Positions 43,925 to 57,197 of a stretch of DNA of 64,000 nucleotides are shown piece after piece. Numbering within the stretch: position 1 is the first letter of the stretch; each line of letters starts with the position of its first letter. The DNA is taken from positions 8,122,001 through 8,186,000 of the forward strand of contig OZ024765.1 of assembly GCA_964016885.1 (NCBI GenBank), in the 5' to 3' direction. The notes beneath the pieces are model-generated. The model was not told the DNA's origin. It did no database searches and saw only the letters and a program-made list of their open reading frames with translations. The DNA is from Eledone cirrhosa. Its lineage: Eukaryota. Position numbers and translations under genes: made by a program.

Positions 43925-44119
43925 TAACGAAGGAAATGTGGTAAGGAACCAGGTGGACCATAACGCACCAAAGTACTCAATACTTGAGGTAGTAGAGTGG
44001 GTAATAGGAACCAGTAAGACCCCGACAGCTGAGCTCAAGCCGTTTCGACGGCTAATTCTGTCCAGAATTAGCCGTCGAAACGGCTTGAGCTCAGCTGTCG
44101 GGGTCTTACTGGTTCCTAT
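43925..44119 (-). mobile_element. Hairpin element P1, divergent variant with perfect 57-bp arms
   Basis: Palindrome 44004-44119. Confidence 0.88.
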
Positions 44120-44419
44120 ATATATATATATATATATACACTCACAGATAATGGTAGAGACAGTTACAAACAGTTGAATAATTGAAATCATGCAAATTTT
44201 ACAAATTATGTAAATTATAGCAATTATGCAAATGAGCTATTTAAATTAGCAAACCTATAGCAGCAATCTTAAGATCTGCATTGTCGGATTAAAACACTGA
44301 AACTGTTGAACTGAGGATATATAATATCTAGTTAAAGTATATATAGGAATAATATATATATAGTCTGTTTAAAGTATACATAGGGATATATATATATATA
44401 TATATATTTCTTTTTCTTT

Positions 44420-45140
44420 TCAATGGCTGACAATACCTTACCGGCGCCACTCGAATAAGGTAGTTATTTAACCCCCCATAAATGGGGCCCTAACAGGTAC
44501 TACTACTCCAGGCCAGAGCAACCTGGGAGTTATGCCAACTAAGGGGTAACTCCACATTCCCCACAGCTCCTGAACTCCCGAACTGGAGCCTTGCCACTGG
44601 ATGTAGTTTAATGTCATACCCAGGAAGAGCAAAGCCTGGGCGGCGTGCCACAGCTTGAGATCGGTGTGGAAGTTGGACCTTCGTAAAGACCTGAAAATCC
44701 GCCTCTTCATTGCTGTAGTGGAGTCTGTGCTGCTGTACAGGTCTGAGACTTGGACACTAACCAAGAAACTCACTCAGATGGTGGATGGGTGCTACACGAG
44801 AATGCTGAGGATGGCTCTGAACATTAATCAGTATACACTGAGGATGAAAAACTCAGAGCTGTATGGGAGCATCCCAAAAGTCAGCTCAAAAGTGACACAG
44901 AGGAGACTGAGGTTAGCTGGACATGCTCACCGACATCCAGAGTTGACACTGCACTCAGTGCTCCTGTGGGAACCCCCACATGGACACACTGGAAGAGGAA
45001 GACCAAGGTTAATGTATGTTGATGCCCTAAGGACAGACACTGGTCTGTTGGAGACGCAGGACATGGCAGCAATAATGAGGGACAGAGACCGCTGGAGAGA
45101 ACTCGTCCATGGATCTCGGGAATTTTACCCGCCCTAGAAT
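44420..45140 (+). mobile_element. RTE-X clade LINE 3' fragment with a non-coding 5' segment
   Basis: [64 protein letters not shown]; ORF ends at 45137. Confidence 0.88.
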
Positions 45141-45264
45141 AGAATATATATATATATATAACCAAAAATTAGTATGGTTCGTTGATTACATAACGAATAC
45201 AATTTTACAATAGATTAGAAGCACTCAACAAGAAAAGTTTTCCTGGAGTTTTTAATATTATTAT

Positions 45265-45459
45265 AGGGCGGTGGATTGGCAGTATCAGTAGAGAGTCGGA
45301 TGCCATGCTTTCCAGCATAGTTACGTGCCTTTACGGTCCGAGTTCAAATCCCGCCGAGGTTTACTTTGCCTTTCATCCTTACAGGGTCGATAAAATAAAG
45401 TACCAGTAATGTACTGGGATAATTGCTAGCCTTGTGCCTAAAGTAGAAACAATATTATT
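45265..45459 (+). mobile_element. SINE family C, full length (another at 45968-46158, -)
   Basis: A and B boxes, central domain, tail. Confidence 0.9.
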
Positions 45460-45501
45460 CAAAATGTTAACAAATGAAAAATATTCGCATAATCAAAATA
45501 T

Positions 45502-45569
45502 ATACTTTATTATATATATTTCAGAGGTACTGTGCTGTTTTTTCAGTACGTCCTCATCAGACAAAATAT
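45502..45569 (-). ncRNA. Type I hammerhead ribozyme, overlapping palindrome 45556-45692
   Basis: ATATTTTGT-CTGATGA-GGACGTACTG...CAGTACCTCT-GAAA-TATATAT-A-ATAAAGTAT. Confidence 0.8.
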
Positions 45570-46509
45570 ATGATTTGATATATGACATACTACGGTCTTG
45601 ATTATTCAATTCCAGTAATGACTGCCAATACTGGAATTGAATAATGAGGACCGTAGCGGTATGTCATATATCAAATCATATATTTTGTCTGAGGAAAACC
45701 TACATCATTTGTCGGCTGTACAAAAAGGGTTTATTTACAGTATTAACAAATGTTTCATTGATCAGGTGAGTCTAAAAGTCACTGATAGCTAGAAATTACG
45801 TCACTCAACCTTAATTAAAGTGTGCACCTGTTCAAATCATTGGAATACTGAAGTGTGTAACACATGGCATTGGTATTTATAGATATATCGGAGAATAAAG
45901 TAAATGGAAACAATAACAACAACAATAAAAAATACAGTTACTGATAATAGTATTAGTAGTAGAAGTTATAATTCTTTCTACTTTTCGTACAAGGCCAGCA
46001 ATTATCCCAGTGCATTACTGGTACTTTATTTTATTTACCCCGTAAGGATGAAAGGCAAAGTTAATCTCGGCGGGATTTGAACTTAGAACATAAGGGGCCA
46101 TAACTCTTTGCTGCAAAGCATGGTGTCCGACCCTCTACCGATACTGCCAATCCACTATAATGGTGAGTAAGTGGGTGTGTAAAACAGTGGTGACAGAAAT
46201 AATAACAATAACATGAAAAGAAAGACGATATATGATGGTCTCTTGTAGATTGGTGAGTGGACACCGTACTAATGTATTGAGTTCATGAATTGACGAAATA
46301 AAAATGATAAAAAAAGGGTTAAAATAAAAAAAGATAAAAAAAGGGTTAAAATAAAAAAAATAAAAAACAGAGGACAAGGAATATTTAATATTTGTAGTGG
46401 CCCCTTACGGCTGTGACTCAGCACGTATAAGAGTTACGTCCCTTTGCGACGGGCGTGACTCCCAGCGGCAGATTCATGTACTAAACGGAGTTTAGTACAT
46501 GAATCTGCA

Positions 46510-47020
46510 TTCTTGGTGAGGAGGGTGACTTTGGACATCCTGCAGGACTAAAAACAAAACCTGTCAAAGGACAAGGAGCTTTTAAGAGTCAATGGCCATC
46601 CAAAATCACCGGGAGAGATGACCCCTTAGCCTTTGTCAAGGCAGAATTCTAGGAGAAGGAAAACTCTGATATAACACCTACAACCCTGATGGTATCCAAT
46701 GATGTTGACTTGTTCTTCTTTTTGGTAAATATCATCTTGGTTAAGAGAGTGGGACTGGCTTTGTGCTGTGCCTTTGCTCACTATAAAAGCTTCACGGCAC
46801 AGGCATTGCTTTATGTCTGGAGATCTCTCTGCACTTGTCGTCACATGGTACCATGGGCCCAGCACTATGTGTCAATAATTGTCACAAGTGTAGTGTTTGT
46901 ACCAGAGTTTTCAAGTCGCTGGCTGGACTAAAAAGTCACACTCGTTTAGCGCATCAGTAGGGGTTCTCCTACATATTTATAAAGTAGTGGCCGTACTCGA
47001 AAACGAGTTGGTAGCCACCA
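46510..47020 (+). mobile_element. Copy of the non-autonomous RTE derivative
   Basis: Reverse complement of 163-672; preceded by a hairpin at 46468-46508. Confidence 0.85.
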
Positions 47021-47656
47021 TATATATATGTATGTGTATATATATGTATATGTGTATATATATATATGTATATATATATATGTATGTGTATATATATGTA
47101 TATGTGTATATATATGCAAGTGAAAACCAACCAAACAGTGAGTGTGTTCTGTTATTAATTCTGGCAATATTACACAAATATGACCCTCCCCAAGTATAAC
47201 AATATTTGTTTTGACACACGATTTCATATAAAAAACCTCGCAAAACTAATTCATCGCCGTTATGTATATATATGTATATATATATATATGTATGTGTATA
47301 TATATGTATATATATATATATGTATGTGTATATATATGTATATATATATATGTATGTGTATATATATGTATGTGTATATATATGTATATATATATATATG
47401 TATGTGTATATATATGTATATATATATATGTATGTGTATATATATGTATATATATATATGTATGTGTATATATATGTATATATATATATATGTATGTGTA
47501 TATATATGTATATATATATATGTATGTGTATATATGTATATATATATATGTATGTGTATATATATGTATATATATATATATGTATGTGTATATATATGTA
47601 TATATATATATGTATGTGTATATATATGTATATATATATATGTATGTGTATATATG

Positions 47657-47687
<31 letters not shown>

Positions 47688-48773
47688 GTATATGTATATA
47701 TATGTATGTGTATATATGTATATATATATATATATATGTATGTGTATATATATGTATATGTGTATATATATATATATATATGTATCTGTATATATATGTA
47801 TATATGTATATATATATATGTATGTGTATATATATGTGTATATATATGTATATATATATATATATATATAGGTCATCTCAGACAACCAAACGTGATCTCA
47901 TGGTTGGAGAGGTACTATTGTGTTGATAGAGGTGTAGTTGTAGTAGTAATGGTGGTGGTAGTGGTAGTGGTGGTGATGTTGGTGGTGGTAGTGTTGTGTT
48001 GTAGTAGTGATAGTGTGATAGTGGGGGTGGTTATGGTCTAGTAATAGTGGTGCTGGTTAGGGTGTGGTAATGGTGGTTGTGGCGGTGGTATGGTGGTGGT
48101 GGTGTGGTTATGGTGATAATGGTGGTGGTGTGGTGGTGGTGTGGTTGCGGTGGTGGTGTGGTTATGGTGGTAATGGTGGTGGTGTGGTTGTGGTGGTGGT
48201 GTGGTTGTGGGGATAATGGTGGTGGTGTGGTGGTGGTGTTGTTATGGTGGTAATGGTGGTGGTGTGGTTGTGGTGTCAGTGGTGTGGTTAGGGTGGTGTA
48301 GTGGTGGTGGTGGTTGTGGTGGTGGTGTTGGTGGTGGTTGTGGTGGTGGTGGTGGTTATGGTGGTGGTTGTGGTGGTGGTGGTTATGGTGGTGGTTATGG
48401 TGGTGGTTATGGTGGTGGTTATGGTGGTGGTTATGGTGGTGGTTATGGTAAGGAGATAGTTTTCTTCTTTATCTTGTAAGGTCATGCTTGACTGAATTTT
48501 AACAAACCCTACTTTGTGAATTATGTAATATATATATATATATATATATATGTGTACATATATATATGTATACATATATATATATGTATACATATATATA
48601 TGTATACATATATATATGTATACATATATATATATGTATACATATATATATATGTATACATACATATATATATATAGGTATACATAGCCTCACATATATA
48701 TATGTATGTATGTATATACATATATCATATATATACATACACACACACATATATATGTATGTATATATATATA

Positions 48774-48819
<46 letters not shown>

Positions 48820-48822
<3 letters not shown>

Positions 48823-49412
48823 GAATTGAGAGAGAGACTGAGCATAAGAGGAATCAAATGCTGCGTGCAGGAGAGGCGGTTACGCTGGTATGGACATGTG
48901 ATGCGTATGAAGGATGACAGCTGCATAAAAAGGTGCAGAGCACTAGAAGTTGATGGAAACCGCGGAGTGGGGAGACCCAAGATGACTTGGGATGAGGTGA
49001 TAAAAGCCGACCTTACCCAACTACACCTCTCAAAGTCAATGACACACGACCGTGACTTCTGGCGTCACGCAGTAATACAGGGTACCCGACCTCCCATGGG
49101 TACATGCTGAAGCATATAAACAATATGCCCCCCCCCCCCCCACCGCAAGGTGGTCGTGGAGGTGCCACGGCAAAAAAGCACCCAGCCCACACTGTAAAGT
49201 GGACGTGTAGGCGCCACGAAAAAGCACCCAGCACTCACTGTAAATGAGGTTGGTGTTAGGAAGGGCATCCAGCTGTAGAAATCAAGCCAGATCAGTTCCT
49301 GTATGAGCAAGGCATGGTCAGCCGACCAGACACTGCCCACAACAGGACAACCCGTCTAACCCATGCTAGCGTGGAAGAACGGACGTAAAACGGTGATGAT
49401 GATGATGATGAT
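48820..49412 (+). mobile_element. RTE LINE 3' end (lineage A): ORF C-terminus plus 3'UTR
   Basis: [29 protein letters not shown]...GRPKMTWDEVIKADL...DRDFWR; stop at 49110; (GAT)n tail. Confidence 0.92.
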
Positions 49413-49478
49413 GATATATATTTATATATCATCATTTCATCATCATTTCATTTTACGTCCGCTTTTTCCCTGCTTGAA

Positions 49479-49635
49479 GATAGATATTATCCTTACCAGA
49501 AGACGTGACAGAGTGTCTGTTGTAAACACTAAATCCTTCCCCCATAAAGAATGCACCTCCCAGCATAGCCTCATAGTTAGCGACCTCATAGTCAGGACGA
49601 GACGTACTCGACAACATAGGAGGACTACCCTTTGG
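49479..49635 (+). mobile_element. RTE AP-endonuclease fragment
   Basis: IDIILTRRRDRVSVVNTKSFPHKECTSQHSLIVSDL resembles the IDYIL...SDH end of the APE domain. Confidence 0.7.
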
Positions 49636-49668
49636 TTATATATATATATATGTATGTATGTATATGTG

Positions 49669-49705
<37 letters not shown>

Positions 49706-49920
49706 ATATAAATATATATATATATTTATGTATATGCAATTATCCAGTGCATTACTGGTACTTTATTTTATCGTAATAAGCAAAAGAGTGAGTTAATGAA
49801 AGAGTTACAAGCTGTTAAAACTTATAGAAAATATATAGCTTTCACCATATTTTTTACTAAAGAAATTTTAGCCTGATAATGGGGTTTAGAACCCTCAGAT
49901 AAATGGAAAAAGATGAGTAT

Positions 49921-49991
49921 TGACGTACATGGGAGTCGAACCCACATCTTTGATTATCCAGACCACTGTGCTACCATTACACCAACACATC
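49921..49991 (-). tRNA. Third copy of the GGA-anticodon tRNA-like cloverleaf
   Basis: Same fold, with canonical T loop TTCGACT; lies within element 49826-50096. Confidence 0.6.
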
Positions 49992-50386
49992 ACCCATCTC
50001 CTTCCATTCAAATTAGAAGCTACATTCTTAGCAAGTATAAAAGACAAGTAAGTATGTTTTGAAACAGTGAGCAAGTTCGTCATTTCTGGATGCCAGAATT
50101 AGCTGTTGAAACGGCTTGAGCTCTGCCGTCGGGGTCATACTTTCTCCTATTACCCACTCTACTACCCTAAGTATTGAGTACTCTGGTGCGTTATGGTCCA
50201 TCTGGTTCCTTACCACATTTCCTTCGTTATATACATATTATATACATATACACACATATATATATATACATATGCAAAAAATATATAAATATATATAAAT
50301 ATATCATCATCATCGTATTTCTAATTTCAAACTTGCCCACTGTTTCAAAAACATACTTACTTGTCATATATATATATATATATAAT

Positions 50387-50723
50387 GGAGGCACATGGCT
50401 TAGTGGTTAGAGCATTGGCCTTGCAATCGAAAGCTTGTGAGTTCAATTCTCAGACCGGGTGATGTGTTGTTTCCTTGAGCAAGACACTTTATTTCATATT
50501 GCTCCAGTTTACTCAGCTGTAGAAATGAGATGATAGGGACTGGGGTCCCTATCATTCCACTGCAAAGTGGTCGTGGAGGTGCCACTGCAAAAAAAGCACC
50601 CAGCACCCACTGTAAATGAGGTTGGTGTTAGGAAGGGCATCCAGCTGTAGAAATCAAGCCAGAATCAGTTCCTGTCCCACCCTTGCAAGGAGGGAAAAGC
50701 GGACGTAAAATGAAATGATGATG
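50387..50723 (+). mobile_element. SINE family A
   Basis: Full copy. Confidence 0.9.
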
Positions 50724-50997
50724 AAAATGTGTGAAACGCAGCAAGGCACAGGTAATTCGGCTAGTTAAATATAAAGTGAACATCTTCACCATACAGCCAG
50801 ACATGTAATATATTGTAATATAAAGAAGAGACTTCGTGACAAGGAATCAAATATGGCTGAAGGCCAGAAGACATTGACATAGAATCCTTGTCTGTATAAT
50901 GAGAGAAGTTTAAAATCTATTTGGCTAGAGTGTTAATTGATTTACTGTAACATAATATACTCAGATTGGATAATTTGTTTAGTGGTATGGACTACAT

Positions 50998-51056
<59 letters not shown>

Positions 51057-51195
51057 ATATATATACATGTATATATACATGTGTATATATAATGAAATAG
51101 CATCAATTGTCGAATATTTTAATGCCTTATATCATTTATATATATATGTATATATACATATATAAATATATATATATATATATATACATATATAA

Positions 51196-51226
<31 letters not shown>

Positions 51227-51229
51227 TAA

Positions 51230-51260
<31 letters not shown>

Positions 51261-51263
51261 TAA

Positions 51264-51294
<31 letters not shown>

Positions 51295-51297
51295 TAA

Positions 51298-51535
<238 letters not shown>

Positions 51536-51543
51536 ATATATAC

Positions 51544-51584
<41 letters not shown>

Positions 51585-51593
51585 CATATATAA

Positions 51594-51628
<35 letters not shown>

Positions 51629-51631
51629 TAA

Positions 51632-51666
<35 letters not shown>

Positions 51667-51701
51667 TAAATATATATATATATGTATATATACATATATA
51701 A

Positions 51702-51736
<35 letters not shown>

Positions 51737-51863
51737 TAAATATATATATATATGTATATATACATATATAAATATATATATATATATATATACATATATA
51801 AATATATATATATATGTATATATACATATATAAATATATATATATATATATATACATATATAA

Positions 51864-51894
<31 letters not shown>

Positions 51895-51897
51895 TAA

Positions 51898-51928
<31 letters not shown>

Positions 51929-51931
51929 TAA

Positions 51932-51996
<65 letters not shown>

Positions 51997-51999
51997 TAA

Positions 52000-52182
<183 letters not shown>

Positions 52183-52223
52183 TAAATATATATATATATA
52201 TATATGTGTATATACATATATAA

Positions 52224-52256
<33 letters not shown>

Positions 52257-52289
52257 TAAATATATATATATATACATACATATATATAC

Positions 52290-52378
<89 letters not shown>

Positions 52379-52383
52379 CATAC

Positions 52384-52432
<49 letters not shown>

Positions 52433-52437
52433 CATAC

Positions 52438-52470
<33 letters not shown>

Positions 52471-52485
52471 TATATACATACATAC

Positions 52486-52532
<47 letters not shown>

Positions 52533-52562
52533 CATACATACATACATATATATATATATATG

Positions 52563-52594
<32 letters not shown>

Positions 52595-52608
52595 TATATA
52601 CATACATG

Positions 52609-52648
<40 letters not shown>

Positions 52649-52664
52649 TATATACATACATGTG

Positions 52665-52706
<42 letters not shown>

Positions 52707-52841
52707 TATATTTATGTATACCCTCTTCCTGCTATATCAAGTGTTAACCTAATATACCCCTTCCATATACTGTACCGATTATGATGTTATTTCTGTTTAC
52801 GTTTTACACACACACACACACACATACATATATATATATAC

Positions 52842-52901
<60 letters not shown>

Positions 52902-53081
52902 CTTTAGAAACAAATTAAGTTTATTAATCAATGTTCCACTGTAACACAAATTATTCTATCTGAAGCTCCACCGACTCTGCCACTCCACTGCCATTTCTGT
53001 GGTTTACTAGATTACATATAAACTGTCCCAATAAAATCAATCACTGAACTACACCAGAGTTAATATATTCAGCATGGAGAT

Positions 53082-53121
<40 letters not shown>

Positions 53122-53454
53122 AAATTTCGCTCTACACGGCTGAATACAATAAATGTAATCTGAGTTTTTCGAATATTAATAATTGTTTCTACTTTTGGCA
53201 CAAGGCCAGCAATTATCCCTGTGCATTACTGGTACTTTATTAATAATAACATTCGATTCGTTTGCAATTATGCAAACAAGCCTCAATTTTATAGCCATGT
53301 CAGTAGAATGAACACTTCATTCTTGCCCTTGTGTTGGCATGTGAACAGAACTGCAGACACTAATGTTTCTGAGAATCACCCTTCATCAGCTCACTGTTCA
53401 CCTGCCAAACTGTCAGAGCTAGTGAAAGTATATGATATTTTCTAAAATACACAG

Positions 53455-53662
53455 TGACTGATCGGCCTGATCTGCATATTAGCAGACTGGCTGATCAGTC
53501 AGATCTGCATATTAGCAGACTGGCTGATCAGTCAGATCTGCATATTAGCAGACTGGCTGATCAGTCAGATTTGCATATTAGCAGACTGGCTGATCAGTCA
53601 GATTTGCATATTAGCAGATCCACTGATCAGCCAGATTTGCATATTAGCAGACTGGCCAGTCA
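53455..53662. repeat. 33-bp minisatellite, about 6 copies
   Basis: Unit CTGATCAGTCAGATCTGCATATTAGCAGACTGG. Confidence 0.93.
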
Positions 53663-53695
53663 GTTTCCTCTATACAAGCGATAAATGGCCACCAC

Positions 53696-54742
53696 CACCA
53701 GTTATATACACACCAGTTATAAACACATCAGTTATATACACACTAGTTATATGCACACCAGTTATATACACACTAGTTATATACACACCAGTTATATACA
53801 CACCAGTTATATACACACCAGTTATATACACATCAGTTATATACACATCAGTTATATACACACCAGTTATATACAGACCAGTTATATACACACCAGTTAT
53901 ATACACATCAGTTATATACACATCAGTTATATACACACCAGTTATATACACACCAGTTATATATACACCAGTTATATATACACCAGTTATATATACACCA
54001 GTTATATATACATACCAGTTATATATACACACCAGTTATATATATATACCAGTTATATATATACATCTGGTTATATACACTCCAGTTATATACACCACAT
54101 TCCAGTTATATACACCAGTTATATATATACACCAGTTATATACACACCTGTTATATACACACCAGTTATATACACACCAGTTATATACACACCAGTTATA
54201 TATACACACCAGTTATATATACACACCAGTTATATATATACACCAGTTATATATATACATCTGGTTATATACACACCAGTTATATACACCAGTTATATAT
54301 ATACACCAGTTATATACACACCAGTTATATATACACACTAGTTATATATATACACCAGTTATATACAGCAGTTATATATATATATACACCAGTTATATAT
54401 ATATACCAGTTATATATACACACCAGTTATATATACACACTAGTTATATATATACACCAGTTATATATATATACACCAGTTATATATACACACCAGTTAT
54501 ATATACACACCAGTTATATATACACACTAGTTATATATATACACCAGTTGTATATACACCAGTTATATATATACACCAGTTATATATATACACCAGTTAT
54601 ATATATACACCAGTTATATATACACCAGTTATATATATATACACACACGCCAGGTATATATATATATATACACCTGAGTTGTATATATATATATATATAT
54701 ATATACACACCAGTTGTATATATATATACACACACCAGTTGT
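53696..54742. repeat. ~15-bp minisatellite CACCAGTTATATACA with variable TA/CA runs
   Basis: Seen directly. Confidence 0.95.
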
Positions 54743-55378
54743 ATCATCATCATCATCATCATCATCAACGTTTAACGTCCGTGTTCCACGCTTGCATGGG
54801 TTTGGACGGGGGTTTTCCCACTTGAGGCAAGAGTGATTGACTTGCTCGCATAGGACTGTCTGGCAGGTTTTCTACAGTTGGATGCCCTTCCTAACACCAA
54901 CCACATTTACAGTGTGGGTCTGGGAGGTTTTTACCGTGTTGCCTACACGGCCACATTACAGCGTGGACTGTGTGTTTTTTTGTCGTGACACCTACACGAT
55001 CTCATTTGTTTCGGCCTGGATGGCGCGGCACCAACATAACTTTACATTGAAAGGGGCGGTGTGGATGGGGTGGGGGTGGTGGTGGTGGGACGGGGTGTAT
55101 TTTGTTAGAGATGCCTACTGGCTATATATATATATATATTTATATATACACACACGCCAGGTATATAATTATATATATATATATATATACACACCAGATA
55201 TATATAGACACATGCCACATATACACACACCAAATATATATATACACACACCAGTTATACACACATCAGTCTGACAAAGAAACATACAGACAATTTAATT
55301 AATACCTAATTAATTTTCTAATTAAGCAAATGTAGAACTTGACATTGTATTCCATGATTACCAATATTGAGTTTATTA

Positions 55379-56884
55379 GGCCTAGACTGGACTTTAACCC
55401 TTCATTACCATATTGTAATGAAAGGTGTGGCCTAGACTGGACTTTAACCCCTTCATTATCATATTGTAATGTAAGGTGTGGCCTAGACTGGACTTTAGCC
55501 CGTTCATTACCATATTGTAATGTAAGGTGTGGCCTAGATTGGACTTTAACCCTTCATTACCATATTGTAATGTAAGGTGTGGCCTAGACTGGACTTTAGC
55601 CCGTTCATTACCATATTGTAATGTAAGGTGTGGCCTAGATTGGACTTTAACCCTTCATTACCATATTGTAATGAAAGGTGTGGCCTAGACTGGACTTTAG
55701 CCCGTTCATTACCATATTGTAATGTAAGGTGTGGCCGAGATTGGACTTTAACCCTTCATTACCATATTGTAATGAAAGGTGTGGCCTAGACTGGACTTTA
55801 ACCCTTCATTACCATATTGTAATGTAAGGTGTGGCCTAGACTGGACTTTAACCCCTTAATTACCATATTGTAATGAAAGGTGTAGCCTAGACTGGACTTT
55901 AGCCCTTCATTACCATATTGTAATGAAAGGTGTGGCCTAGACTGGACTTTAACCCTTCATTACCATATTGTAATGAAAGGTGTGGCCTAGACTGGACTTT
56001 AACCCTTCATTACCATATTGTAATGTAAGGTGTGGCCTAGACTGGACTTTAACCCTTCATTACCAAATTGTAATGTAGGGTGTGGCTTAGACTGGACTTT
56101 AACCCCTTCATTACCATATTGTAATGAAAGGTGTGGCCTAGACTGGACTTTAACCCTTCATTACCATATTGTAATGTAAGGTGTGGCCTAGACTGGACTT
56201 TAGGCCGTTCATTACCATATTGTAATAAAGGTGTGGCTTAGACTTGACATTAACCCTTCATTACCATATTGTAATAAAGGTGTGGCCTAGACTGAACTTT
56301 AACCCCTTCATTACCATATTGTAATAAAGGTGTGGCTTAGACTTGACATTAACCCTTCATTACCATATTGTAATAAAGGTGTGGCTTAGACTTGACTTTA
56401 ACCCTTCATTACCATATTGTAATAAAGGTGTGGCTTAGACTTGACTCTAACCCTTCATTACCATATTGTAATAAAGGTGTGGCTTAGACTTGACATTAAC
56501 CCTTCATTACCATATTGTAATAAAGGTGTGGCTTATACTTGACTCTAACCCTTCATTACCATATTGTAATAAAGGTGTGGCTTAGACTTGACATTAACCC
56601 TTCATTACCATATTGTAATAAAGGTGTGGCTTAGACTTGACTTTAACCCTTCATTACCATATTGTAATGTAAGGTGTGGCTTAGACTTGACATTAACCCT
56701 TCATTACCATATTGTAATAAAGGTGTGGCCTAGACTTGACATTAACCCTTCATTACCATATTGTAATGTAAGGTGTGGCTTAGACATGACTTTAACCCTT
56801 CATTACCATATTGTAATAAAGGTGTGGCTTAGACATGACTTTAACCCTTCATTACCATATTGTAATAAAGGTGTGGCTTAGACT
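55379..56884. repeat. 49-51-bp minisatellite, about 30 copies
   Basis: Unit GTGTGGCCTAGACTGGACTTTAACCCTTCATTACCATATTGTAATGAAAG. Confidence 0.97.
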
Positions 56885-57197
56885 GTATGAGAGTGAACAC
56901 GTCACAAACATTATATAATTCAACGAATTAATGAGATTATTGCAGGGAATAGGAGGCTCGTAATGGAGAAACGCACGCACATACATATATATATATATAT
57001 ATCCATATATATCCATATATACATATATATGAGAGAGAGAGAGAAGGTGAGATTGGAAATAGCATGGAAACTATATTTAAGGGTCTCTTTTTTTCCTTTC
57101 TTTGATTCGTCAAAGTGACATTATTGAAAAAATGAGAGGGACAATTCCTTTAAAAAAGAGTTTTATAAAGTATATAAAGTATATAAAGTATATAATC

